From Octopus bimaculoides (taxonomy: Eukaryota), in NCBI RefSeq assembly GCF_001194135.2, contig NC_068991.1, forward strand, positions 51,668,446 through 51,723,736: 55,291 nt of DNA. The letters are read 5' to 3'. Below the pieces are notes generated by a model. The model saw nothing but the letters and a program-made list of their open reading frames with translations. It was not told the DNA's origin and ran no database searches. Both the position numbers and the translations under genes were made by a program. Positions 1 through 13,557 of the stretch are shown in pieces. Each line of letters starts with the position of its first letter. Positions within the stretch are counted from its first letter, which is position 1.

Positions 1-232
1 TGGGGGGACAAACACACACATACAATCATACACACACACATACCTACATATATATATATATATACATATATACGATGGGCTTCTTTCAGTTTCCGTCTAC
101 CAAATCCACTCACAAGGCTTTGGTCGGCCCGAGGCTACAGTAGAAGACACTTGCCCAAGGTGCCGCGCAGTGGGACTGAACCCGGGACCATGTGGTTGGT
201 AAGCAAGCTACTTACCACACAGCCAGTCCTCC
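1..232 (-). mobile_element. SINE family A, partial (continues beyond the window start)
   Basis: Near-identical to 32290-32480. Confidence 0.9.
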
Positions 233-944
233 GCTATATGTATATGTATATATACAATATATCTTATTGAGTGGAAGTTTAATATGAAGTTTTGAACTCA
301 TTATCTAGTGGTTAGTAATCCATTACCTTAAATTTGAAGCCATTAAATCTTTAAACATTATTTGACTGGGTTTAGTCTGTCACCATGATGGGATATCATG
401 TTCAAAAATTTAATCTCAGCACGTATTTCAATCTGGCACTTATTTTATAGATCTCTGCTTGATGAACTGCTAACTTTGAGACATAGTGGAACATAATACT
501 TGAATTAAAAACAAATGTAAATGCACAGAAACACACAATTAGGTACCTTGGGCAGGTGTTTTCTGATTCAAGTAAAACCAAATTTTTCGATTAAAACCTC
601 AGTCAAAAACTGAATGATTACTGGGGTGAATTTTTCAGTTACAGTTGCTAACTTTTAACATTTGATACTTTGTTAGAACTGGAGTTCGCCTTTGATGTCT
701 GCTATGTTTTATTCTCTTAACCATTCTTTTACCAACCTCAGAAAATTGAGTTGTTACCTCCACCACACTATAGTAAAGATCTTGTGAGTCATTTAATTTT
801 ACAAATGCAGTTCTATATGAAGATTTTAAAATTATCAACACATTCAAATTTAAGCATACTAGGAGATCTCTTCTGTTCTCAGCTGCTGTTTGGACTTCTT
901 TCTCAATGTAGCAGTATTGTAGCGTAGGAGTGGCTATACAGGCT

Positions 945-1075
945 TAGGAATGGCTGTGTGCTTAAGAAGCTTGTTTCCCAACCATGTGGCCTTGGTCTCA
1001 GTCCCATTGCATACCACCTTGGAGTAAGTGCATTCTACTGTAGTTCTGGGCTGACTAAAGCCTTGTGAGTGGATT
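945..1075 (+). mobile_element. SINE family A head fragment
   Basis: ggaatggctgtgtgcttaagaagcttg...aaagccttgtgagtggatt. Confidence 0.75.
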
Positions 1076-2049
1076 GATAGCAGGTCTCAAGCTCAGATTA
1101 GTAAAAGAATAAATGTTGTCATTTTGCAAAACTTTTGAAATATTTTGTTGTTTTACCAGCATTGTAATTTTAATGTAATTACATCACTAATTAGTTTGTC
1201 TAATCAGTTTGTCTGATCTTCTAATTTTTCAAGCAATTTAAGCAGTTTAGTGGCAAGAAAACTAGTTTTACTTCCAGCCTTCTCCAATAAGTTCTGCCCA
1301 TATAGTTATTTAAAACTGCTTTTTTAATTTTTTTTTTATATATAAATATAGTCAATCTTGTTTGGATAGTTCTTTGGATACAAAGAAATTACCCAAAGCT
1401 CAGCTCTTTGGGCCTTGTTATTAACCCTACATGAACCACTCTAACAATGAACAAAATATAACTCCTTTTGTTTTTGTTTTTGTTTTTTGGATTGAATTAA
1501 ACTTCAGTAGTTTTGAGATGAGGAAAATAAAACTACTCCAGCATATAAATATTTGTTTATCTAATATTGTATTGTGATACAACACTGTGAGGTTTCTCAA
1601 TGTATCCAGCTGCTATGTTAACAGATCTTCTGTAATTTTTTTTTTTTTTGAATGAAGACATTTATAAACACCTAGTTACTTCTTTACTATAGACCCATAT
1701 ATAATGGTTTCGCAACAATTAGAAAGAGACTCACTGTTGTATATATCTATATCTGTATATGTATGTGTGCATGTTACTGCTTTCTTGTTTTGACTTAATG
1801 TAATTGTAAACGAATGTAGCCACCATGCAAGTGGTGTCCTTTGCTTCCAACCTTTCATAAAAACACATCTGGTTATGGGGATTATTATCTTACTTGGAAA
1901 CAGGTGAAAATGGTGACAAGAAAGGCGTCTAGATGTAGAAGAGCTGTCTCAACAAATTCTGTTGGACTCATGCAAGCATGGAAAAGTGAATTTTAGATGA
2001 TGATGATGATGATATGTACATATATGTGTGTGTATATATATATATATAT

Positions 2050-2089
<40 letters not shown>

Positions 2090-2474
2090 TTATAATCATC
2101 ATCATCATATAGTGAAAGTACATGGCTTAATGGTTAGGGTATTGCACTCATAATTGTGAGATCATGGGTTCAATTCCCAGACCAGGGAATTGTGTTGTGT
2201 TCTTGAGCAAAACACTTTATATTATGTTGCTCTGCAATCACTTCATCATCTGCCATGTGGCACAGCTTGTACCTGTGCATATAATGTCGATTTGATCACT
2301 ATAAACAAATCAACTGTGTGGTTGTTCAGCAAGAAATAGTAGAACCTTCATATGTTGTCTAACAATAAGAGAGTCTATGATACACACACACACAAAGATA
2401 AAAGATATATATCTTTTGCTTGTTTTATTTACTGCACTATGTCCATGCTGGTATATGCCTTGAAAAGTTGAGTC

Positions 2475-2786
2475 CAGTGGTTTTCAATCAGGGACCATAT
2501 TAGATTTCTGGTGATCCAGGCAGACAAAATAGTAAACTGGGGATATGTGCTAGTATTCTAAGGGTCTATGAGAAAATTTTTCTTTAGATGCATTTATTGC
2601 ATCTAAGTTAAGTTTTTTTTTTTCTGTAATACTTTACAGTTTAACATGTTTCTGGTAACCAATTCAGAATCTTGAAAGAAGTTTCTATAAAATTAGGTTT
2701 TAAGCATTGAATAGCTATGTGGGGTCCACCAGAGTAAAATGATAATAAAAAGGGGCTCATAGGTAAAAAATGGTCGAGAACCACTG
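2475..2786. mobile_element. hAT (Charlie/Buster-type) MITE nested in a SINE tail
   Basis: TIRs CAGTGGTTTTCAA / TCGAGAACCACTG; 8-bp TSD gttgagtc / gtttagtc (1 mismatch). Confidence 0.75.
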
Positions 2787-2914
2787 GTTTAGTCGAACAA
2801 GTGAACCATAGTGCTTGTGTGTGTGTGTGTATGACAGTCTACTCCCTCTTAAGTATGACCACTTTTTATACTTATTTTCATGTTTTTTTCTGAAGATGTT
2901 GTTCTTCAGGAGTC

Positions 2915-3005
2915 ATGAGTTCTGATGATGACAAAGATATGTACAAATATAGCAAGATCCAAACTCCATCATTGAGAGACCAACAAGTTAACTGTGGGCA
3001 CAACT
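2915..3005 (+). CDS. Speculative first coding exon of Rel (MSSDDDKDMYKYSKIQTPSLRDQQVNCGHN)
   Basis: ATG downstream of a cttcag acceptor; a phase-1 gtatgg donor at 3006 would join exon 3260 in frame. The donor is weak and there is no homology support. Confidence 0.2.
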
Positions 3006-3259
3006 GTATGGTCAAACTGAGAATCATGACTACTCCTGTCAATAGCCATTCCTTACATATTTGTACTTTTGTGTCAAAGTTAGAAATCATTATTGTTATT
3101 ATATGGAACTAAATGATTATTAGTGATTCTTTGTTTTTGTTCTCCTTTATTCGCAAGCCCTGTTAACTTTTTAAGATGAAACTTACTTTTATTAAAGGAG
3201 GTTTTGCTAAGTTTTATTTTAGACCGACCTATGATACCTGAATTACTTTTCTATTTCAG

Positions 3260-3337
3260 ATGACCACTTTATTAATACTTTCATCCAAGGACAAGAAAAT
3301 TGTATACACAACGCTAATGATTCCACTGTAAATCTTT
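3260..3337 (+). CDS. Rel: Rel coding exon 1 of 11 seen (N-terminal, phase 1-1): [25 protein letters not shown]
   Basis: tttctatttcag acceptor and gtaagt donor; 78 nt, open and phase-compatible with the next exon. No homology support. Confidence 0.7.
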
Positions 3338-6300
3338 GTAAGTTGATTATTTTTGAAAAACTTCACCAAAAATAGTGTTCCCACTACATGTCAGAAATAG
3401 CTGCCAGTTCTCCCTCAAATCACATCTTACAGTCTCAAAAAAAGAAAGCTGTGTTGGATAATATAGTCCTAGATACCTGAAAAAAGAATAGGTTGGTTAT
3501 GGCTGACTGTCTTTGATCATTGTTCTGTCCAATCAGAGCAAGCTGACCTGAGGCTTAACAACAACAGCAACAATAAAACATTGACATATCTAAGGTGGTG
3601 CTCCAGCATGGCCACAGTCAAATGACTGAAACAAGTAAAAGAAGTACCTTTTATCAAAAAACACTTCTTTATCTTGTTTTACTTGTTTCTGGCATTTAAC
3701 TGCAACCATGCTGGTGCACCACCTTGAGCTGTTCAGTTGAACGAATCAACCCCAGTACTTATAATTTTTTTAAAAAATCTGATATTTATTCTATCAGTCT
3801 CTTTTGTTGAACGACTAAGTTACAGGGATATGACAAGACAAAAAAAAAAAATATTCAACTAAATAGTCAATTGACAACACGCATTACTTTTACTACTATT
3901 CAACAATGTTTACAACTCATTCACTTCACCTGGTGACTCCTCATGTGAGTGTTCAGACTACCAAAAGCAATATGGATATGAGCATGACTTATTAAACCAG
4001 CATGTGATCTAGCTGAGAAATCACAATGTAGACAATGGCAGTTTGCAGGAAGACTCTTGTTCTTGTGGTTCATTTTCTTATTTTCCCATAACTGCTCTTG
4101 ATGAAGTAGCCATTGAGTTCCAAAATTTTTAAGCTGGAAAAAGCATTCTCTCCTGCATAGTTTCTCACAAAATTCTCAAAGTTTTCTTTCCTAAATATTC
4201 AAGCATATCAAATTATCTTTGAATTTGTTCTTATATCATAAAAGTGGCTGGCCTACATTGCATCATAAATTTACAACCTGACCATAAAAGATTTGTTTTG
4301 GTATTCGACCATTATACATGTGATAGTTGTGTCCACACATTGCATTTGAGACTTGATTAAGAAAGCATTTATATCAGTTATTCCACACATTTCCAGGATA
4401 GTGCTCCTCTTTTCTCTATCATCTCCCTTACCCCTGCATATTTGCCTAAGACATCTCATATGAAAGCTGTTCATTTGACCAATCTTTTATATTCTGCTCC
4501 ATATAAAAGATTGGTTTGGACAAGTGATTTATACACATCTATTTTTGTGCTTACTGAGACATCATGACATTCCAGAGTCGATCATAAAACTTCCCAAAAG
4601 CTGTACTGGTCTTTTCAGTACGAGTTTGGACCTTCCTATTGAGTTTAGCATTGCTTGTTACTGTAGAACTTTGCCTTCAACAAATATACTGGGCAAGATT
4701 TCTTGATTGTTACCAGGATGTGGCTGATACAAAAGTTCGTTTTTTTTTTTTTATGCTGATAGTTAAGCCAAAACATCTGGCTGCTCTTGCAAATATATCA
4801 GTGATGTGCTAAAAGTCTTTGAGTATATGTGCAACTAAGGTGCAAAGGGGCAATTGTCTGCAGACAGTTTCTTATTGCATGACTTTGAACTTTAGTCCTT
4901 AATTTGAAATGTTGGTGGTTGAAGACAATACCTGTTGTCCTATATTCAAGAAACACACCCTCTTCTACATCAGAAAGGCGGCGAGCTGGCAGAAACGTTA
5001 GCACGCCGGGCGAAATGCTTAGCTGTATTTCGTCTGCCGCTATGTTCTGAGTTCAAAATTCCGCCAAGGTTGATTTTGCCTTTCGTTCTTTCGGGGTTGA
5101 TAAATTAAGTACCAGTAACACACTGGGGTCGATGTAATCAACTTAATCTCTCTGTCTATCCTTGTGTGTCCCCTTTACGTTTAGCCCCTTGTGGGTAATA
5201 AAGAAATAAGAAAAAGTACAATCCTGCATTACTGGGGAAAATAGTGCAAATAATACTGGTGCCAAAACACAATCCTATTTTGTACCATTTTTAACATCAA
5301 AATGCTGAGACTGACTGCTATTTAAAAGAACAGATGTCTTCATATTTTTATGTTAGGACACTATGACATTTAGCATTTATTCAGGAATCATGAGCTTTGC
5401 TAATACTTTTGAAAAGCCTGCTGATATACAGAGTCAAAAACTTTTGTAAGGTCAACAGATACCACATAGGGGTCTTTATTGCTCTACTGGACCTTCTTCT
5501 GAACTTGTTGCCAGCTGAATATCATATCCACTGTCCCATATGACCTAGACCTATGCTGACTCTCTATATAGACAGAAACATCTAAGTCAGATTTAATTCT
5601 TTGTAAGATGACTCTAGAAAGGATTTTTCCTCCAACAGAGAACAGCGATATGCTACAATGATTGTTACATTCACACTTATTACCTTTATACTTATATAGA
5701 TGTACAATCATAGCATCTTTAAATTGTTGAGGGAAAAGATTTGCTTTTAAATATTTTTGAATGAACTCCTTTTACTCTTTTTCATATTTCAGTGACCACT
5801 TTTTCTACTGACTGTTTAGTTTCAAATGATGACCAACATTTGACAACATTAGTACCAGCCCCAAAAGTGATGCCAACACAAAAACCTGCTGCAAGTGTAA
5901 TTCCAGATGACAAACCCTATGTTATCATTGTTGATCAGCCAAAAACTCATGGTTTCCGTTTTCGGTATCAGTGTGAAGGACGGTCTGCTGGCAGCATTCC
6001 TGGAGAGAAAAGTACAAATGAGAAAAAGTCATATCCTACAATAAAGGTAAATATTTGATGTAGTCAGCTTTATCATCATCATCATCTAATGTCTGTTTTC
6101 TAAGCTGGCATGGGTCGGCTGGTTTGACTGAAAACTGGTAAGCTGAGGAGCTGCACCAGGTTCCAACCTGATTTGGCATGGTTTCTACAGCTAGACACCT
6201 TTCCTAACACCAACTACTCCAAGAGTGTAGTGGGTACTTTTTATATGCACTGGCACAGGTGCCAGTTACAAAACACCGGCATCAGCCATGACTATGATCT

Positions 6301-9300
6301 CACTTGGCTTGACAGGTCTTCTCAAATATGGTATATTGCCAAAGGTCTCAGTCACTTGTCACTGCCTCTGTGAGGCTCAAAGTTCGAAGGGTGCTTTGTA
6401 CAGGCCCCTGGCACAAGTGCCAGTTACATGACACAAATATTAGCCACAATTGTGATTTCACTTGGCTTGATGGGTCTTCTCAAGTCTTCTATTATAGATA
6501 CCTCTAAAGAATGTAATCATTACATCTATCGTGTTATTGTGGGGCCATCTAAAATTGATAGTTTTCAGTTTCAAATTGAATGTAAAAGATGCCCTATGAT
6601 ATCAGTTTGAGGTTGCACAAGTTTTGTATTGTGTTTTTTTTTCTTCCTCTTTTGATAGAGAGAAGATTAGAAAAAATAGTAGTCTTTAGGTCAGAGAAAT
6701 GATCTTGAAAAACTGTGGCAGATAGACTGATAATGCAACAGAGGTGATAATTGAAAGGTGGTAGAAAAGGAAATCCTCATCTTCATGGTGTGTGCCTGTG
6801 AAATTAGAGTACTGAGGGTTCTGTTAGTGGCCAGGGTTCAGCAATGTATAGAATGGATTCTTGATTCAGAGCAGCTCCATGTGAAAATAAATTCTCATAT
6901 TTCTCTGGATTTGAAATAGAAATCCAAATCTTTGCTGCATAGACAACACAACAGTGGTGGGGATTGATGATAACAACAGCTATCTGCAGACCTTTCAATT
7001 TACAATCTGTTCCAATTGTTTGTGTAATGCCTATCATAATATCAGCTATTTCTCACCTCTTCTGATGTATCTACACTTTTCATACTAATTCTAGTCAGTC
7101 TCTATTTAATCTCTCTTTCTCTCAACCCATTCTTTAACTATTAACTCCCTTAACTATTGTCACTTAGTCCTCTTCCTTATTTTTCTACTTCTCCCTCTTT
7201 ATTCACTTATTAACTCCTCTTACTTTAAGCTGAGTCAGGCTCTGTATTTGAGGAGATAAAAATATCATATTGATGTTGCAGTGAAAAAAGTAAACCATGG
7301 TTTTTCCATCACTAGTTGATGATGCTATTGGAATAAAATTTCGAATCATGTGTGAAACCACAGTGAAATTGGTCAACGGTTAGCAATGAAAGGAGAGAAG
7401 AGCTTTGAGTTGGAAGAGAACGTACAAGTTGAAAGCTGCTCCTATGGGTGCCATTTTTCATACAGTATTACCAAATTCATTTACAGGCTGAGAAATAGAA
7501 AAATAGAACTTCAGTTGTTAAGAGAAGAGTTAGGAGAACTTATAAGTCCTCTAACTAATCTGTTTTGTGACCAGAGACAAGATACCTCTGAGCAGAAAGT
7601 TTAGCATCAAGCATAATTAACTTTGGAAAAAGCTCAGTGATTGAGATTTCTATTTGAGAGGAAGACTTGGAGTGAAAATTTGGTAAAATTGAAAAAATGT
7701 CGAGTCATATAGATGGAACAACAAGAGTGAAATGCATGTAAAGATATTGAATTCTACACTCATCTAATCCAAACTAGCATGAAAAGATAAAACTGTAAAG
7801 TTGGCGTCCTCTCTGAGAAGTACTATAACTCAAATGTAGTAGAACTATACTGTACTACAGTACAACTGTAGTTGTACAAAGGTAGTTTAATAATTTTCTT
7901 TATGACTCAGAGCTAGAAGGAATGGATTGGTGATAGTTGTATTCTTTCTGTTTCAATCTATAGACATTTTTATAGCAAAAAGTTTTCACTACCTAAATAG
8001 ATCTCTCCATCATTTGATGGTGGCATATGAAATGGTTTAGAGAACTATTTCATCAAATGAATTTGAAATTGTTTCAAGTTGATTTAATAAACTAATTTTA
8101 AAAACATTATTTACATTTGACGGATATTTGTCCTCATCTTGTTTGTTGTTAACACAACATTTTGGCTGATATACCCTCCAGCCTTCATTGAACCTGAGTT
8201 CTCATTCCTTAGGTATTTTTCGATATGATGATGATTATTGTTGTTGTTGTTGTTGTTATAATAATAATATTAATAATAATAATAATATCAAAAAAATACC
8301 TTAGGAATGAGAACTCAGGTTTGAAATTTCCCCAAGATACCTGATGAAGGCTGGAGGGTATATCAGCCGAAACGTGTTAACAACAGACAAGATGAGGACA
8401 AATATCCATCAAATGTAAATAATGTTCATAATTCCTCATCTCTTAAATATAGAACTGTAATTCTAAAAAGTATTTAAAAAGTTGTTTTTAAATGTATTTT
8501 ATATTTCATTACTTGCTTTTTTTGCTATATTTTAATATTTATTTTCATATTTGATATATTTTATATTAAATATTTACATGTAATTTTGATAGGTAAGATA
8601 TAATCCTTTATCTTCTTTATATCTCTACAGATTTGCAATTACAAAGGTCCTGCTGTTGTAATTGTGTCATGTGTCACCAAAGATGATCCACCAAAACCTC
8701 ATCCTCACTCCCTTGTGGGCAAAGATTGCAAAAAAGGAGTCTGTACTGTGAAGTGTTCTGTCTCAGATACCATTTCGTAAGTTAGCCAACCAAAATCTTT
8801 CTTTCACTTGTTTCAGTCATTAGACTGTGGCCATGCTGGGGCATTGCCTTGAAGAATTTTAGTCAAATAAATCAGCCCCAGTATTTATCTTTATTTTAAG
8901 CCTGGTACTTATTTTTTTTTTTTGGTACTTTTGCCGAACTGCTAAGTTGTTGTCAAATAGTGGTGGGAGACAAACACAAATACACACACACACATATACA
9001 AAGGGCTTCTTTCGGTTTCCAATCAGCAAATCCACTTCCAAGTCTTTGGTCAGCCCAAAGATATAGTTAAAAGACATTTGCCCAAGTTGTCACACAGTAG
9101 AACTGAACCTGTAACTATGTGGTTGGAAAACAAACTTCTTACCACTCAGCCATACCTGCACCTATGCCATATCTGCACATATGCCCTACCTGCACCTGTG
9201 TCATACCTGTATCAGCATTTTCTAATCTTTGTTTTTTTCTAAAATTTTCTTTTTTTGTTTTCTAGTTTTCAAAATCTTGGAATTCAATGTGTCAAAAAGA

Positions 9301-9787
9301 AAGAAGTTGCTGATGCTCTGAAAACACGACAAGAAATTAATGTAGACCCATTTAAAAGTAAGTTTCAACATTTTCTATTAGGTTCTTATTCAACTGTAAA
9401 ATGGTTTGGTACAGTCACAGACATTGGCATGTACTTGCTAAGTTCTTTTAGCAATCATATAATTCACGGCTTGATTTCATGCTGTAGAACTTTGGGCAAA
9501 TGTTAAAGCCTTGGATCAGTCTAATTCTATGTGAAATTTGTCATATATGTACATATATACATATTTTCTAAAAGAATAGTATTGACAGTAACTTTGAAGT
9601 TTCGGCCTGCTATCATCAAGCAATATGAGGATAGCTCAACAAGATGAAATTTTGAAATCGCTAACTATACTATTCTTGTTAAAAAAAATAACAAATATGT
9701 GCTCCACAAAAAAGTACTAAGTAATCCTCTGCTTTAATGTAAAATTGTTTTTATCAGAACTTGACATAAAAACAAACATTAACTCAC

Positions 9788-9824
<37 letters not shown>

Positions 9825-12585
9825 TTGTATATTTAAGGCAGCGAGCTGGCAAAAACGTTAGCACGCCGGGCAAAATGCTTAGCGGTATTTCGTCTGCCGC
9901 TACGTTCCGAGTTCAAATTCCGCCGAGATCGACTTTGCCTTTCATCCTTTCGGGGTCGATTAAATAAGTACCAGTTACGCACTGGGGTCGATATAATTGA
10001 CTTAATCCATTTGTCTGTCCTTGTTTGTCCCCTCTGTGTGTAGCCCCTTGTGGGTAGTAAAGAAATAACACGTATATTTATACCTGACCACAATCCAGTA
10101 ACTGGTACTAGTAATTGTGTAAAAGAGTTTATCTCATTGATTGAAATCTTAATTTCACTTTTGCTTTTTTAATCTTTTTTTTTTTGTGCTTTTTATGTAC
10201 CACAGAAGATTACAGCAATTATTTGCTTCTGATATCAATAGTAGCATTTTAGCATACTGGGCAAAATTTTTAGTGGCATTTCAGCCATCTTTATGTTCTG
10301 AGTTCAAATGCTGCCAGGGTCGACTTTACTTTTCATCCTTTCAGGGTTGATAAAATAAGTACCAGTTGTGCTAAAATCTGAAATCAATATTAATAATAGC
10401 ATTTTAGCACAATGGGAAAAATGCATAGTGGCATTTCGTCTGTCTTGACATGCTGAGTTCAAATCCCGCTGAGGTCAGCTTAGTCTTTTATCTTTTTAGG
10501 GTCAATAAAATAAGTATCATTTGACCACTGGGGTAGATGTAATTGACTATCCCCCACCCCCACCCCACAATACCCCCAAACTGCTGGCCTTATGCCAAAA
10601 TTTGAAATCGCTATTGATAATGGCAGTAAGGCAGAAGCATTAGCATGCTGGGCAAAATGCTTAGCGGCATTTCGTTCATCTTTATGTTCACTTTTGCAGT
10701 TCAAATGCTGCCAGGGTCGACTTTACTTTTCATCCTTTCAGGGTTGATAAAANNNNNNNNNNNNNNNNNNNNNNNNNNNNNNNNNNNNNNNNNNNNNNNN
10801 NNNNNNNNNNNNNNNNNNNNNNNNNNNNNNNNNNNNNNNNNNNNNNNNNNNNNNGAGTTCAAATGCTGCCAGGGTCGACTTTACTTTTCATCCTTTCAGG
10901 GTTGATAAAATAAGTACCAGTAGAGCACTGGGGTTGATGTAATCGACTTAGCCCTTCTCCTGAAAGTGCTGGCCTTGTACCAAAATTTAAAGCCAATATT
11001 GATAACAGCAGTAAGACAGTGAGCTGGCAGAATCATTATCATATTGAGCAAAATGCTTAGCAGCATTCTAAGTTCTGAATTCTGCCGAAGTTGACTTTGC
11101 CCATTCAATATATATGTTGAGCAGTGGGGTTGATATAATCAAGTTAGCCCCATCCCCTGAAATTGATGGCCTTGTACCAAAATTTGAAATCAATATTAAT
11201 AATAGGTCTGTTGATTCACTTATGTTATTAAATTATATTCATTAATACAGCTTACAGTTATGGCATTTGTGCATTTTAGTTTTGTTTTATGTTGTTGGCA
11301 CTCCGTCACTTACGACGTCGAGGGTTCCAGTTGATCCGATCAATGGAACAGCCTGCTCGTGAAATTAACGTGCAAGTGGCTGAGCACTCCACAGACACGT
11401 GTAACCTTAACGTAGTTCTCGGGGATATTCAGCGTGACATAGTGTGACAAGGCTGACCCTTTGAATTACAGGCACAACAGAAACAAGAAGTAAGAGTGAG
11501 AGAAAGTTGTGGTGAAAAAGTACAGCAGGGTTCGCCACCATCCCCTGCCGGAGCCTCGGGGAGCTTTAGGTGTTTTCGCTCAATAAACACTCACAACGCC
11601 CTCCAGTCTGGGAATCGAAACCACGATCCTATGACCGTGAGTCCGCTGCCCTAACCACTGGGCCATTGCGCCTCCACTTTGTTTTATGTATCTTCTGAGA
11701 AAAGAGAATGCTGTGGAAAGATTCACACAAAATCTCAAACTTAAAGAACCACTTGCATGTGATTTTAGTTTTGTAAATATTGGAATTTGGATTTATGGAT
11801 GGAAGTTTTAAAATTGAGCATTTGTTCTTTTTCTTCTTCTTCTAGCTGGATTTGATCATGCGCACAATTTAAATATCGATTTTAGTGTTATTCGTCTTTG
11901 TTTCCAAACATTTATACAAGATGCTCAAGGTCAATACAGAATCCCATTGAATGCTGTCGTCTCCCAACCAATCATTGACAAAAGTAAGTGGGCTTGGCTG
12001 ACTTTATCACTGTTATGTTTTATCTTTTACCTATTTCAGTCACTAGGCTGTGGCCATGCTTGGGCACTGCCTTGAAGAATTTTTTGCTTAAATGAATCTA
12101 CCCCAGTAGTGGCAATAGCTTAGCTGGCCAAAACTTTGATGCCAGAAGTGGGATGAGATGGTGAAATATGATCTTTGGATGTTGAGTCTCACTGAGGTGA
12201 TGATAAGTGACTGAAACTTTTGGTGATTTGCTGTGCTTGAGAAAACACATCAAGCTTAATGAAATTGTAATCATGGCCAGTACTGGTGACACGCGAATAG
12301 CACCATGCTGGTGACACATGTGAGGCAACCATGCCAGTGACATGCAAATGATACCCATGCTAGTAACACACAGAAGGCACCTGTACCTGTGATACATGAA
12401 AGGTACCCATGCTGGTGGCATGTAAAAGACACCTAGGACACTCTATGGAGTGGTTGGCATTAGGAAGGATATCCAGCCATAGAAACGAAGCCAAAACAGA
12501 CGAGAGCCTGGCACAGCTCTCCAGCTTATCAGTTTCAGTCGAATTGTCTAACCCATGCCAGCTGGAAAACAAATGCTAAATGATG

Positions 12586-12617
<32 letters not shown>

Positions 12618-13520
12618 TATTATATGTATTTATTTTCTCCTAGTTAATAAATAACTCAGACAAAATAAATTGGTTAATAGTTATCAGGGTAGCAAAGATC
12701 ACAAAATGACTGTGGTGTAACTCCGGTTTATGAGGTAGAAACTCCTTGTTATTTTGGGTACTTGAGTATATATAAATTTAGTAAATGGAGTAAAACGCAT
12801 ATGTTAACTGCATACTTTTATTTCCAACATATGTTTCGAAGATTACAAATTATACCTTCTAAATTTATATATATATATATATATTATTAATAAAGTTGCA
12901 AAGACATCACAAAAACTGTTACTCAGAGTTTCATGTACCNNNNNNNNNNNNNNNNNNNNNNNNNNNNNNNNNNNNNNNNNNNNNNNNNNNNNNNNNNNNN
13001 NNNNNNNNNNNNNNNNNNNNNNNNNNNNNNNNNNNNNNNNNNNNNNNNNNNNNNNNNNNNNNNNNNNNNNNNNNNNNNNNNNNNNNNNNNNNNNNNNNNN
13101 NNNNNNNNNNNNNNNNNNNNNNNNNNNNNNNNNNNNNNNNNNNNNNNNNNNNNNNNNNNNNNNNNNNNNNNNNNNNNNNNNNNNNNNNNNNNNNNNNNNN
13201 NNNNNNNNNNNNNNNNNNNNNNNNNNNNNNNNNNNNNNNNNNNNNNNNNNNNNNNNNNNNNNNNNNNNNNNNNNNNNNNNNNNNNNNNNNNNNNNNNNNN
13301 NNNNNNNNNNNNNNNNNNNNNNNNNNNNNNNNNNNNNNNNNNNNNNNNNNNNNNNNNNNNNNNNNNNNNNNNNNNNNNNNNNNNNNNNNNNNNNNNNNNN
13401 NNNNNNNNNNNNNNNNNNNNNNNNNNNNNNNNNNNNNNNNNNNNNNNNNNNNNNNNNNNNNNNNNNNNNNNNNNNNNNNNNNNNNNNNNNNNNNNNNNNN
13501 NNNNNNNNNNNNNNNNNNNN

Positions 13521-13557
<37 letters not shown>

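Noticed and set aside
2890-2930. CTGAAGA/CTGATGA motifs as a hammerhead
   Set aside because: No stem II, GAAA or NUH arrangement follows; it is only a short hairpin.
6560-7750. Possible LINE remnants (also 16700-17230, 31640-32040, 35100-35750, 45450-45960, 52900-53660)
   Set aside because: The composition suggests old TE coding DNA, but the motifs are too degraded to assign without a profile search.
8323-8333. kB-like site (GGGGAAATTTC on the minus strand) suggesting autoregulation
   Set aside because: It does not match GGGRNWYYCC and lies inside a repeat; no convincing kB sites were seen.
10240-11200. CRISPR-like repeat-spacer array
   Set aside because: The context is eukaryotic, the units are long SINE fragments without unique equal-length spacers, and there are no cas genes.
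11600-11677. tRNA gene (also at other SINE heads)
   Set aside because: The A/B boxes run directly into SINE bodies, and there is no complete cloverleaf or acceptor stem.
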